DNA of 64,000 nt, from NCBI GenBank assembly GCA_964187785.1, contig OZ076409.1:99016001-99080000 (forward strand). The letters are read 5' to 3'. The translations under genes and the position numbers were made by a program. Below, piece by piece: positions 50,101 through 62,904 of this stretch (its first letter is position 1; each line of letters opens with the position of its first letter). This stretch comes from Amphiscolops sp. MND2022 (taxonomy: Eukaryota). The notes beneath the pieces were generated by a model that had not been told where the DNA came from, did no database searches, and was given only the letters and a program-made list of their open reading frames with translations.

Positions 50101-52530
50101 AAATACCATCGGAATGACTCGGGAACAAATTTTAACAAGACGGGAACGTCTAAAGTCGGCGCTATATCTAAGGCTCAAAAAGCTCAGAGTTTTCTAAATA
50201 TGCCCAGGATGTATTCATGAAAAGCTTTGAAAACACTTTCGAGACACCCAAAGTGCCTTGCATGCTCGATATGACTGGAAAATCACTTTTCCCGACTCGA
50301 CTGGAAACAAAAAAAAATTTGAAAATTTTTTTGAAAAATTTTTTTTGAAAATTTTTTTTTGAAAAAACTTCGAAAACGTCGCATAGTGCCGAAAAATGAA
50401 AAGGGGGGACCCTTTGGGATTCATTAACATACTTTTTGTTGCAAAATATCAAAAAATCCGAAGGGGGGACTCTTTTGAAAAAATAAAAATTTTCGAAAAA
50501 AAAATTCGCACAGTGCCGAAAAAAAAATTGAAAGGGGGGACCCTTTGGAGTCTTCCGGTTTTGTAGGTTACGTAAAAAAGGTAAAAAACGAAAGGGGGGA
50601 CCCTTTGCAGTAAGTTTGCATTGGTCGAACTAACCTGAGTGAACTTATCAGTTTCTGTAAAAAGTGGTACATACGCGATGAGCTCTGTGGTCTGACGAAA
50701 AAAAAAAGAAAAAAAAACTAGCCACTGTAATAGTCGGGCTTTTTTCCTTAAAGGAAAATGCGCCGACTAAAAATGCGAACCACCCTCGAATAGAAGCCAC
50801 CCCCGAATACAGGCCGCAAAATCTTAAAAGCCGCGGTCTGTATTCGAAGAAATATGGTAATCAGTCTAAATTTAGGAACCAATTCATCTGAAAGGTAAAA
50901 TATTAGGCTTGCAAGTTACTTGCAAGAAAAATAGATGTCTTGCAAGATTGTGTTTCGATATCTCGCAAGTTGTACATCAACTTGCAAGAATCTTGCAAGG
51001 TTTCTATTGTCTTGCAAGAATCTTGCAAGGTTTCTATTGTCTTGCAAGAAACTTGCAAGGTTTCTATTGTCTTGCAAGAAACTTGCAAGGTTTCTATTGT
51101 CTGGCAAGAAACTTGCAAGGTTTCTATTGTCTTGCAAGAAACTTGCAAGGTTTCTATTGTCTTGCAAGAAACTTGCACGATTCTTGCAAGAGTTGTATTG
51201 TTTTTCAACTAGGCAAGTCTTTTCTCCGTTGTAGATGGCGAATTCGCCCAGGTGTGTGTGGCCACGACTAAAGCCAAAGAGAGCATCCAGGAGTTCTCAG
51301 ATCTGAAAACCAAAATGGACGAAATTGCAGCTCCCAACAAAGTACGCATTTCTTCTCTTCCAGCAAAAACAACAGACAAAAACTCAAGACTCGTCGGAAT
51401 TTATTCCAACCCCCCCCCCCCACATGCAAATATTATTGTACAAAAATGGCAAAATTAGCATAAATTAGAAGCTGATTATTTGCATTCATGTGTAGTCTTT
51501 AAATTGAATTGAAATGTTTTTAGTGGAATTCAATAGGTAAAAATTATGTTAATTTTTTGCTTTCAAAAACGGAAAAAGGAACAAGAACCGACTCGTCTTG
51601 TCAATTAGGAGTTTTCTAGCCCTGTGCTTCACAGAAACAAGCCGGGACCGGCGCCATATCTAAGGCTCAAAAAAAGCAAAAGGACTTCAAAATGTCAAAG
51701 TATTGGTGAATTGGGGACCCTTTTATGGAATTTTTTTCGAAAAAGTCTCACAGTGCCGAAAAAAACTGAAAGGGGGGACCATTTGGGATTTTTCAAAATC
51801 CATTCTGTCGCAAAATTCCGAGAAAATTGAAGGGGACCCTTTGAGAAAAAAAATCCCGAAAAAATTGCAATGCCGAAAAAAACCGAAAGTGGGACCCTTT
51901 GGCCTCGTTCGGTATTGTATGTTACGCGGGAAACCTTTTTTGTTCAGTTCCTTGGGCCAACGGGTACAATTTGGCGTCTTCTTAAAAATTTGTAGAACTT
52001 TTGGGGTAGAACTATTTTGGTCACTTCAGGTGTATCGAAAAAAAATTAAAAAGCACTGACGAAAAGCAATGGCTATAGTCGACTCTTTTCTCTAGAAAAG
52101 CGCCGACTAAAAATTGAACACAAGTACTAACAGGACGACTATGTTTGCATTAAAAGCGAAGCTCCTGCACAATGATCTTCGGCATTGTGAGATTCGAAAA
52201 AAATAATCGTAAACACTTCCGAAATGAACTCAATTCGTTTTGAAAATGACCCAGAATTTTCATGTATCCAGTAGTATTCAACATCTTAAATCTTCCACAC
52301 AAAAACACTGATTTCGAAAACCAAAAAAAAACTTTTTCCAGGTGAAATTTGTGTACGACCAGTCGCTGGAACAATTGTTAGACACTATCCAGAACTACGG
52401 AGAGATTGCGGTCCAGTCTCCGGAGGATGGCCAGAAAGACCAGAAAGACAAAAGCGGGAAAGGCAGCGCCGCGAGTAAAAATACAAACAACAACAACAAC
52501 AACAACAAACAACAGACGAAAGCCAAGTAG
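41171..52530 (+). CDS. Host six-exon gene encoding a B-box-like zinc finger plus coiled-coil (TRIM-like, no RING seen), ~279 aa
   Basis: Exons 41171-41337, 42685-42808, 43975-44045, 46373-46554, 51235-51341, 52342-52530, all GT-AG and phase-consistent. CDEC..CVHCAQKVCDSC..H B-box pattern; coiled-coil ending in IQNYGEI. Confidence 0.8.
41435..41720 (-). mobile_element. ~290-bp Helentron-type tRNA-bearing element (copy 2), in intron 1 of the B-box gene
   Basis: Near-identical to 12263-12553. Confidence 0.7.
44694..45163. mobile_element. hAT-like MITE with TAGCGA subterminal repeats
   Basis: CAGAGGTGTGA / TCACACCTCAG ends; TSD TAGCGTAC / TAGCGTAA. Confidence 0.65.
48282..49515 (-). mobile_element. 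Cluster of HINE/DINE-like copies (48282-48699, 48817-49402 and a duplicated end)
   Basis: Same hairpin and sub-terminal IR signatures as the other family members. Confidence 0.65.
49843..50857. mobile_element. Tc1/pogo-like MITE containing a nested HINE-like copy
   Basis: Imperfect TIR sharing the core TATTTCTTCGAATA; TA flanks. Confidence 0.65.
50134..50773 (-). mobile_element. Complete HINE/DINE-like element, near-identical to 60743-61363
   Basis: AGACG-GGAA-CGTCT hairpin; AGTCGGCGC (50154) / GCGCCGACT (50760) IRs; terminal palindrome followed by an A-run. Confidence 0.8.
50981..51190. repeat. 30-bp minisatellite (CTTGCAAGAA(A/T)CTTGCAAGGTTTCTATTGT), about 6-7 units
   Basis: Directly visible tandem units; explains the overlapping repetitive ORFs in several frames. 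Confidence 0.95.
51636..52113 (-). mobile_element. HINE/DINE-like copy
   Basis: GCCGG-GA-CCGGC hairpin at one end and GCGCCGACTAAAAA at the other. Confidence 0.7.
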
Positions 52531-53996
52531 ACAAGGTAAGTACACATTTTTGTCACACAGTGATGGGTGCACCGCAAAATGGGCGACTTTCAGCATAATA
52601 AAAGGGCAAATTTTGAGAACGTAACAAAATTGCCGATTTTCAAATGGAACAAAATGACTTAGCATTCTTTTATCTGAATTTAATTGAGTCAGCTACCGTA
52701 TTTTTCCGCCTATAAGCCACACTCAGATAATATAACAGCAATGATGAAAATCTGGTCAAGTACAATAGTGTAAGAAAAGAACTGAACCATTATTTGTAAG
52801 AAATAATTTGGACTGCATGTAAAAAAGCTAGCATTTTACATGGTGATTTTTTTCAATCTTTATTTTACTCACGAATTTAAAGGACTGGAAAGACAAATCG
52901 AATCAAAGATAATGGGTACAATCGCCTTAATTAGCAGATTCTCTTGCTATCAGTTTTATCAGTAAAAAATGTAACACAGAAAACATAATCCCTAATCTTT
53001 GCTGTGTCCCATGTATTAAGATAGTAAACAAAATGAAACAATTGAAAACCCCTTTCAAAAACTACATAATACAAATTATCCTGATGTAAAATAATTGAAT
53101 GGCTTCAGTAAATGAAGAAGTACCTGCCAAATAAACAAAAGTTCCAAATTAGGTGCCAAATGTTACAAAATTGTCCAAAATGATGTCCCATATGCCAATT
53201 CAGTAGTAAAAACAATCAATGAAAAATGAAATGAGGAAGTTTCTTCATTATTTGCAAACCTGCATTTCAAGTGCCCAAGAAAACATAGAATGTTTGTTTC
53301 TTTGATTTTCAGGTAACTTGGATGATAGCAGAAATCAGAGCTAGTTTTGTTTTGGTCCAATCCTTTTTTTTTACAAATAAAGGTTCAGTTTATTTCTTAC
53401 ACTAGTGTAACTCTTCAAACAAAATTATACTAACAAAGTGTATCTAATTTTTATTGTTGGCTAGGTGTCAGACATTTCGCAAATGGATCAGAAAAAGTAT
53501 TTTGTTTTCTCAGAAACCTAAAATTGTGAGGTAATTTCTCAGAAACTTGTAACGTAATAGCGTCAACAATTATTTTAATTATAAGCCGCCCATTTTTGCA
53601 AAGAGAAAAAAATTCCGGAAAAAAACTCTCGCAATGCCGAAAAAAACTGAAAATGGGGACCCTTTGGCCTCGTTCTGTATTGTATGTTACGCGGGAAACC
53701 TTTTTCGTTCAGTTTCTTGGGCCAACGGGTACAATTTGGCGTCTTAAAATTTTGTAGAACTTTTGTGGTAGAACTTTTTTGGTGACTTCAGGTGTATCGA
53801 AAAAAAATCGAAAAGCATTGACGAAAAGCAATGACTAAAAATTGAACATCGAACACGAAAAAATAATCGTAAACACTTTCGAAATGCACTCAATTCGTTT
53901 TGAAAATGACCCAAAATGACTTCTTCGAAACCAACAGCTAGTCAAGTAATGGAAAGGCGTACTGCTTCGCTTCTGCACGTTCCTACTGTTATGCTT

Positions 53997-54502
53997 CAAC
54001 AATCCGGGACCGGATCAAGTCGGCGCCATATCCAAGGCTCAAAAATAGCAAAAGGACTTCCATGTGTCAATTTACAGTACTCGAAAATCGAAAATCAAAA
54101 AAATGGACCGAGTGGCGTGCCGGGGCCCGCTAGCGCGAGCCCCTGGCTAGCTAAAAGGAGGGACACTTCCGAAACTGTCAACATTTTTGTCGCAGTTGAA
54201 GGGGGGACCCTTTGGGTTTTTTGAACATCCATTCTGTCGCAAAACAGCAGAAAAATTGAAGGGGTACCCTTTGGGGAAAAAAATTCCGAAAAAAAGTCTC
54301 GCAGTGCCGAAAAAAAATTGAAACGGGGGACCCTTTGGTCTCGCCCGGTATGTTTTGTTACGCGGAAAAACAGGAAAAACCTTTTTGGTTCAGTTCGTAA
54401 TATTTTGTAGAACTTTTGTAGAACTATTCTGGTCAGTTCGTGTGGATTGAAAAAAAGTCACTATAATAGTCGCGTTCCACTTCATGAAGCGCCGACTAAA
54501 AA
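53997..54502 (-). mobile_element. HINE/DINE-like copy
   Basis: Same termini and internal subrepeats as the other copies. Confidence 0.7.
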
Positions 54503-54981
54503 TCGGTCTGTTACGTTTATTGAATAGGCAGTTTTGTGGCATCCCCTGAAAAATCCATTTGAATAAGACGCTCCCTTAGCACCGGGATATTTTCCGCCCA
54601 GATAATTTCAGCGACAATATTTTGAAGTCCAAGAGCATATCAAATAAACTTATTTCAACGAAAAGGATTGAAACTGACAAAAAAATCCTAAAATTGTTTG
54701 ACTTTTCGGTGCAAGTTTCGATGAAACCTATAAAACTTCGCTGAACTTTGTGGGTATTCATGTCGACATAAACATTCGAAAAAGGTGCGAAATGAGCAAA
54801 AAAGCAAAAATTGAAGTGAAAATAGTAGTGGAAAAAACGACTATACAGCTTGGTCTAAATTCCATCACCTATCAAATCCTTATTCCACCACCCACGTTCG
54901 GAAAAAAATTCGCTCAACCAATCAAGACTACTTACTATCCCATGAGTAACAAGCTTGAACGCAACGAATGTGAGAGGCAAT

Positions 54982-55314
54982 CAGAGTTTTGACACCGCCA
55001 ATCAGCGATTTAGCGAATTAGCGGCCGCGCAGAATTTTTCAAATTAGCGGCAGCTAATAGGTTGTCAAAATTCGAAATTTCGTCAGAGTATACACGGAGT
55101 TTCAAAATGAATTTCGAAAAATTCCAACTCCTACCCTTGTAAAACCCACACAATAGAAAATTTTTTTTTCTTGCAAAAACCGAATAAGATAATTTGAAAC
55201 ATACTTGAAGTCAAACATTTTATTGTTTGCAGAAAAAACTTTCCAACGAAATAGCGATTTTAAAATTAGCGGTTTAGCGATTAGCGAAAAAAAATTAGCG
55301 ATGTCAAAACCCTG
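54982..55314. mobile_element. hAT-like MITE
   Basis: TIR CAG(A/G)GTTTTGACA; 8-bp TSD GAGGCAAT / CAGGCAAT. Confidence 0.75.
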
Positions 55315-55927
55315 CAGGCAATAGAATCTAAGCTTCTTGCAAGAAACTGTTTTTGTTTCAGACAATGGCTGACAAAGTCTTCGAGTACAAAGAAAAACAT
55401 GGCCGAATCGAAAGAAAAGCAGACATGATTTTGCAGAAACTCTCAAAAACATTATCCCATCGAACCATAGGTAGTTCGAATTAATCTATCTGTAGTTCCA
55501 ATAGATTCCAAAAAAAGCATCAAAACTCAGAAACTCTTAGAAAGAATCTGAAATACTCTCAAATAGATCTCGTCATAAATTTGAGAAGATAGCGTTACTT
55601 CATTAATGAGGTGCAAAAAAGCCATGATTGAAAACGCAAAACAACCCGGAACTATAGAATTGGAATATTATCAAAACTATTTGGATAAATCTGTTGTATT
55701 TCAATTGAAATTTTATTTCTAATTCCAACTATGCATTCGATCAAAATAAAATAGAGTAGTTTGTAGAAAAAATTTAGGGTCAGCACCTCCAGAAAAGACA
55801 CAAAGTGACGTCATAGAATTACAAATAAAAAGGTTTTCAAGAGTATCGATGAAAAAATATATATTTAAACATTTCAGGCTGTCCCTTCAATTTTTGCACT
55901 TACAGTTTAGCTTGACAGCAACAAGAT

Positions 55928-56703
55928 TAGGGGCGTGCGATTAATTGATATTTCATTGAAAACCAATGAATATATTAATTCATTGGTTTTATCAACGCAG
56001 TAAAATATCAGCCAATGACTCAATCTCAATTCTCATTGGCTGTTTTTACGAACCTATGTAATCTTTCCAGCATCGTTTCAGTTAAAAATATCTAATGATT
56101 TCCGGATTTTTAATCAATCAAACTTCAGTATAGTTCAATTTTTAGTATGGAGCGACGGAAGTAACATTACAGTGTATAACGCTGAAAATTCAATGAACGT
56201 CGTTCAAAATTTCCATCGCTCGGTAACAGCTTGTTGTGATTGGTTAATTTAAAAAAATAGACAATCAACTTTTCACAAATAGACAACTTTTCACATTCAA
56301 GATTATAAAAAGAATGAAAATGCTGCTTCGCATAGCGGCGCTACAACTTTCAATTTTAATTACACTCTGTATGTGAGCAGTGTCTGCGGAGGGATTACTA
56401 AAATTGAATGTCGATTTGGGAATTTTAAATGTCTATTTAGAAAATTCAATCTTTCAACTGATTGGTTCTTAAATTTTGATTGTCGTTGATTAAATTTTCA
56501 GCGTCATACACTGTATTTCCAGTGGGAGGCAAAGTATTTCTCCAGCAACGTTCAGAATGATAATTTTTCTCAAAGAAAATCTTTTGAAATAATGAATTTT
56601 TAACCTTTTCTGAATTCATTGTTTTTCACCGACTTTTCAATCAATAAAGTGTCATTGAGTGACCATTGACCGAGTTTAATTTTTCCTCAACCGCACACCC
56701 CTA
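55928..56703. mobile_element. hAT-like MITE containing a nested Tc1-like MITE
   Basis: TAGGGG(C/T)GTGCG ends; TSD AACAAGAT / GACAAGAT. Confidence 0.7.
56170..56513. mobile_element. Tc1/mariner-like MITE
   Basis: 21-bp TIR CAGTGTAT(A/G)ACGCTGAAAATT; TA TSD. Confidence 0.85.
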
Positions 56704-57856
56704 GACAAGATCATGGTATAACATTGTGTAGTTCCAAGTCAACTGCTACTTCCAAGCAATTCAACCTAGGGACGCAAATAACGTCTAAGGAAGGGTTACA
56801 GATATCAATGCCAGAGGTCGAAAGACCAGAGGTCGTAAAACCGCATAGTCAAATTACCAGACGGTCAAAAAATCAGTACCAGGCAGAATTGATGACTAAC
56901 ATGTGAAGAAAGGGACCATTGACTAATTTACGTTTATCAAGTGGTAGATAATAGTTGCAATATTTAAATCATTAGAAATGAATAATCTAGCTCTAAATGA
57001 GTCTTTATTTGGTATTGGGAAGAAATAATAATCACACTTCACGTGGTACATTACTTGGTTTCCCAATCCTCTGGCTTTTGACCGGCTGGTAATTTAACTA
57101 AGTGGTTTTTGACCTCTGGTATTTTGACCTGACACCCTAAGCAATAACGTCTAAAAGTGTTTCGAGAATAACGTCTAAAATTCAATGTTCTAAGATAGGG
57201 AATGACCATGCTCAGGCTTTTAGACGTTATTCCCGTTTTCCATTCAGATGTTATTCCTTAGACGTTCGTTATCCCGCTCGCCAATTCAACCGAACTTCTC
57301 AAACTAGATGTTACTCTAGTGACTCTATATGCTGAGGTAGGGATGGTATCTGCAGTGACATCTTGAAAAAATTCAAAATAATAACTGCACTGTCGGTAGA
57401 TCGATCCACAAAATTTACACAATATGTGACGTCACATTCGATTTTACTGTCACACGTTACGACACGAGAGCCCCAGCAAATAACAAAACACCATATTGAG
57501 TCGGCAAAAGATAGAAACAAGTGATTTACTCGCTTACAGCGTAAGGGCAAAAAAGTGATTGTCGCGTACTTTTCGCAAAAACACTTAAAATATAAGCATA
57601 AAAGGAGCCAATTTCTGCCTCGCTTTCTTTCAACGCGAGTAGCTTGTTGACTTTCGTCAAAAAAAATAGGCATTCGGTTTTTTGTTATTTTGTTAAGGGA
57701 AAATCGGCACTTTTTCAAGGCAAAAATGGACTTCATAGGCGACACCGCTTAAGCGGCAAGCGGTATTCCAATAAGCGATTATGTAAGCAATTAAATCACT
57801 GGGAGAAAATAAAAATTCCAGGACAATTTGAGAGCAGAGACAGTAGACCTGAAAAG

Positions 57857-58037
57857 CAGGGGCGGTTCCGGGGTTTTCTCAACGGGTGGGCGGATTTTCA
57901 AAACGTTGGGCGCACCGGAACGAAAGTTTAAAAGTAGGAAAACTCGGGTCATTTTACCGGCTGTGACATCAATTCATTCCATACATCTCTCAAAAGGGGC
58001 AGACGGCCGATGCTTAAAACCCTTAAAACCGCCCCTG
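57857..58037. mobile_element. hAT-like MITE
   Basis: TIR CAGGGGCGGTT; perfect 8-bp TSD CTGAAAAG. Confidence 0.85.
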
Positions 58038-58124
58038 CTGAAAAGCACTGTTGTTAACAAAGATAGCAGGAAGTGAACTGCAACAAAATTTGGACGCCAT
58101 GAATTTGGAACTTGAAAATCTGTC

Positions 58125-59936
58125 TCATCTTCGGCCATGGAGGCTCTGGAACTTGTAGATCCTCACTCCCCGGGGCGTTTGCACTTTGACAGTGGTTACA
58201 GACAAATTATCGCAGATTCCTTTCAAAAAGCTCGTTTGATAAGCCGATCGCGTTACTACGGAGGGCCCCTGAAATAATCTCATCTGAGTTAATCCAACAA
58301 ATCCAACATAGCCTGTCGTGATCACAAGTTCATTTGATAAACATTAGAATCACCGTAAAGCGACAATTCATGATGGGACGAACTGTCGCTTTTTGGAATT
58401 TTGGAAGAATTGTCGCCCAACTTAGAAACACTAAAATTGTCGAGAAAATTTCGAATTCGTTTAGGTCCTTAAAAATTTCCCGTCAAGAACCACAACCTCT
58501 AGTTTTTCGGGAAAAAAAAAATTTTCCATTTCTATTTGTTCCTCTCGGACTCGTTACACAGCAAATTACTACATTGCGCCACTGCATCCAGAAAAATGCC
58601 ACTGACTTTTCAAGGCAATGAAACCTATACCGGTCTCGGCAGCTATGGGATATTCCGTTTGTGCAACAGGAGATTGAGAATCAGTCATTAGTTTAAAACC
58701 AGATTGGATATCAGTGTGTAATCCGAAACCACACTATTAGTTTCTACTACATGTTTCTCCTATTATAAAGCACCAACTCAATTTTTGATACATGTCTTTA
58801 TATAAAATCTTCCTCGAGAATTAAGCTTGCCTTTCAAAAAACAGTAGTTTTAATAATTACTCGATAAACCCGTCAAATGAATGGTGCAGAAAAAAATAGA
58901 TAAGTTCAACAAGGTAATCAAACAAGACACAAGTAGAAGAATATTGCTTTGTTCATTACCAAAAGATTTAGCTAGAACATTTCAAGGATTTTCAAATCAT
59001 TCCACAAGTTGAGTAGCAATCGGACGATTTCAATGAATTTTCAAAACTTCAAACATTTTTGAGCAGAGTCAGAATTTCATCGAGAAAACCGTTCCAGCAA
59101 AAACCACAAATTTCTAGTTACAAGATTCGAAACCTCTTGCAGTTTGATTGCCCTCGAAAACATCAGTTTTGCAAACATCTATGGTACCAACTGAATCGAA
59201 CTCAGCTTTGTTGTATTTGGTCCAAAATGCAAGCCTTTTTATTGAGCGACGGAAAAATACAAGCCGCGGTTTCTAATGTCAGTACTTCGACCCTATTAGA
59301 CTGACCCTCCTTATGAAAGAAATAAGAGCCGCGGTTTCTTCTAATATCAGTAACTCGAAGGGATCCCAGGGCTGTCATATTTGATTGTTGAAAATGTTTT
59401 TGACATTTTAACACGATAATTACGAATTTTAGCATGTGAAAAAAGTTTTTTAAAATAATGTAAAAATCCACTTATAAACGGTTCAGCTGACGGAACAGAA
59501 ATGACATCTTTCCGACACCAAGAGAACTTCTAATTTTCCATATGTGAGGCCCATTGGCGAGATTTATTTTTATTATCCATAGCAATTTTCCCGTTTGGTA
59601 CCTCCAGACACCTTTTCCTTGAAATGGGACAAAACGTTTTTTTTCTCAAGGCAAGTATCAGTACTTGGACCTTATTAGAGGGACCCTCGTCATGAGAGAG
59701 ATAAGAGCCGCGGCTTCTAGCATTTAGTAGTTAGAAGGCAAAGGAGTGAGTGACTCACCAAATGGTGGTAGGCGTGGTCGGGCGCAGCGGCGAATAGGCG
59801 AACTTGTCTCTGCAGCAGATTGATCTTGTCGACCGCGATGGAGTACTTGGGGTCCACTGGGACCACTATGCTCTCCTTGAAGTAGGGTGGCACTCGGATG
59901 GGGGGAGACATCAACTCCACACACCAGAACCACTCG
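58125..59936 (-). CDS. Last two predicted exons (59936..59759 and 58268..58125) of a minus-strand host gene of unknown function
   Basis: CAG acceptors, GTGAGT donor and a phase-0 join ...APDHAYHHL|GPSVVTRS...LHGRR*; GC-rich codon-like composition. Confidence 0.6.
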
Positions 59937-59956
59937 CTGCCAACAACATCCACAAT

Positions 59957-60457
59957 CAGGGGTGTGAAATATTGTATTTAAATATATTTTTTTCAAAAAA
60001 ATAAATATATTGTTTGATTCAATTTCAGCAATAAATATATTGTATTTATTGTCCTGCAATTTTTTAGAAAAACAATAGATTGTGAAATATTTTATTGGGC
60101 AGAGAAACATTCATTTACAAGGCAAACATCCCAATGTTGTTTATTTGTATAAAGAAAAACTACACTCTCGAAATTAATAGTCAAATTTCTTGGCAGGAAG
60201 TGTTGCTTCCAGTTCTTTCAAAGCTTCGTCCACAAAATCTCCCTTAACAGTCTTTCACTTCTAGTCAGTTTACAATGCATATTAACTGAAATTTTATTTC
60301 TATTTTGCAATATTTCTTTTGCGCAATATATTATAGAGCTCTGACAATATTTGCCTTATTTCAATAAATATATTGTATTTTTGCTCCAACCAAATAAATA
60401 GATTAATTGTATTTAAATGCAATATATTGCAATACAAAATAAATTTTTACACCTCTG
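59957..60457. mobile_element. hAT-like MITE
   Basis: CAG(G/A)GGTGT ends; perfect 8-bp TSD TCCACAAT. Confidence 0.85.
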
Positions 60458-60742
60458 TCCACAATTCAAACCAACGTTGCAACATTCGCCAACAAAAACA
60501 CAATGACGTAAGTCTAAACTTTCACCCACAGAGGAGACCTTACATTGCAGGAAACTGAGCTCAAGAGTGGCTTTGATACATACTTAATGAGAGTGTCAAG
60601 ATGAATTTATTGGTTTGTCGGAAATCGGCATTTACAGCTGAACAATGTTGAACAGCAAATCAACTGTGAATCTTCCGCACTACTGAACAAATCAAAATAG
60701 TGTAACAATGGATATTTTGCCTGACCAGACTCTTCAAGTCCT

Positions 60743-61363
60743 AACAAGACGGGAACGTCTAAAGTCGGCGCTATATCTAAGGCTCAAAAAGCTCAGTTTT
60801 CTAAATATGCCCAGGGTGTATTCATGAAAAGCTTTGTGAAAACACTTTCGAGACACCCAAAGTGTGCCTTTCATGCTCGATATGACTGGAAAATCACTTT
60901 TCTCGACTGGAAACAAAAAAATTTTTGAAAATTTTTTTTTGAAATTTTTTTTGAAAAAAACTTCGAAAACGTCGCATAGTGCCGAAAAATGAAAAGGGGG
61001 GACCCTTTGGGATTCATTAACATACTTTCTGTTGCAAAATATCAAAAAATCCGAAGGGGGGACTCTTTTGAAAAATTGAAAATTTTCGAAAAAAAATTCG
61101 CACAGTGCCGAAAAAAATTGAAAGGGGGGACCCTTTGGAGTCTTCCGGTTTTGTAGGTTACGTAAAAAAGGTAAAAAACGAAAGGGGGGACCCTTTGCAG
61201 TAAGTTTGCATTGGTGGAACTTGGCCTGAGTGAACTTATCAGTTTCTGTAAAAAGTGGTACATACGCGATGAGCTCTGTGGTCTGATGAAAAAAAAAGAA
61301 AAAAAAACTAGCCACTGTAATAGTCGGGCTTTTTTCCTTAAAGGAAAATGCGCCGACTAAAAA
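60743..61363 (-). mobile_element. Complete HINE/DINE-like element
   Basis: Near-identical to 50134-50773. Confidence 0.8.
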
Positions 61364-62904
61364 GAGCAAAGTACATGACGACACTGTCGAAACAATTTTT
61401 GCGTTTCTTCCAAAATTTTTCAGCTTTTAATCCGGAAGATAATGTTTCTTTTCTACAAGTAGAAGCTTTGATGTGCCCAAGCTTATTTTTTTGGCAATTA
61501 GCAGACGGCAGCTTTCCTGGAGCTATTCCTTATTTTCTGTACAAAGTAAAGTATTTCTATGACAAATTCAATTTTGAAGGTTTTTACGATCACTTATTGG
61601 CTAGAATGACATATTTGGAAATGGCAGTTTCTGGTAACATTAAATACACTTTCATGCTGATAGATGGGTTATTCAATATCACGTTAAATCACACTGTTAC
61701 AAGGCAATTCTTCAACAGAGGGATACAGAATATCGACATCAAAGGAATACCGCTACAAAAGGAGATGAAAATTCCCGGAAAGACTTTTTAACCAATTCAA
61801 CAAAAAATGTCAGTGCTGCAATGCGAGACAAACCGGCCACATTGTTTTGTACATCAACGCTGAACATGAAAAAATCCTCGTATTGCTCAACTAATTGAAG
61901 CAATCGGGAACATTTTTCCAAACAAAAGTAATGAAGAGTAGAAAGCAGCACTTCAATCTTTTCAATCTTTTATGCTAACGATCCTTCGATTGAGAAGCAT
62001 GATTGTTGATAAAGTAATTCATTATCGAATTCACACTTCCGAAAATTTACTCGGAGGAATTGTGGATTATTGAGGACGATGTGAGTTTCACAGTTTCATG
62101 GGTAACAAACCTCATTACCATAGGCTTTTGTGACTGGAAGATAACGATTTTAACACTTTGGAAAAGTTGGTGGTTTTTACGACAAGACATTTAATATAGC
62201 ATTTGGGAAGCCTTTTGTCCTACATGAAAAAAAAACAGAAAATACAGATTTATATGATATATTTAATAATTTCGTCACATTTCAAACAGATACATGCGAC
62301 ATGTCTGGATTCAGATGTATGAAGGAAAACAACAAAGCCAATGAGAAAATTTGTAGGTTTCTTCCACACAAACCGTCGAATAAGATAAGATTCCTCAAAT
62401 TGGTTGAAAAAGTAGAAGCAGAGAAAAGTTTGACAAAAATTGGCCTTTTCAGAGAAACAGCTGGTATTGGATACAAATCTGTCTTGCTCAAAGTTACCTA
62501 ATGCAGCTGTGCCTGGGAAACCCATGATGCCAAATTCTCCAGCTATATTCGCAATAACTCAGTCTTCTAGTGGAAATGTTCTGCTTCTTACCGAAAATTT
62601 TAGCCGTAAGTACCTATATAAATATGCTATCGGGAAAGAGGAACTTGCTGACTGAAATTGAAAGCAGGGTACAATGGGGAATCAATCAATGTCCAAGTTT
62701 CATTTTTGAATAATACAAAAATTTCGGGAGTTCACATCTCTAGCAAGTCGAAATCTAAAGAGATGTAGCTGGAATTAATGCTATTAAAGTTCCACAAACA
62801 GAATATATAAGGTGGAGCTTGAAGTTTTCTTGTTTAATGACAAGCTTTGACTTTGTACATGTACTTTCAGTTTTCTTGTAGTTTAGAAGTGCTTCAAAAA
62901 AAGA

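Noticed and set aside
50903..51271. CRISPR-like array or repetitive proteins in five overlapping ORFs
   Set aside because: The units are contiguous 30-bp tandem repeats with no unique spacers, there are no cas genes, and the context is eukaryotic. The ORFs are by-products of a stop-free repeat.
56758..57291. Mutator-like MITE with AATTCAACC direct repeats and a nested element
   Set aside because: Possible, but the TIRs are too degenerate to set boundaries confidently.
60734..61384. 216-aa ORF and similar Phe/Lys-rich ORFs (43598, 51703, 63176, 63439)
   Set aside because: They lie within HINE-like repeats; composition reflects A/T runs and no domains are recognisable.
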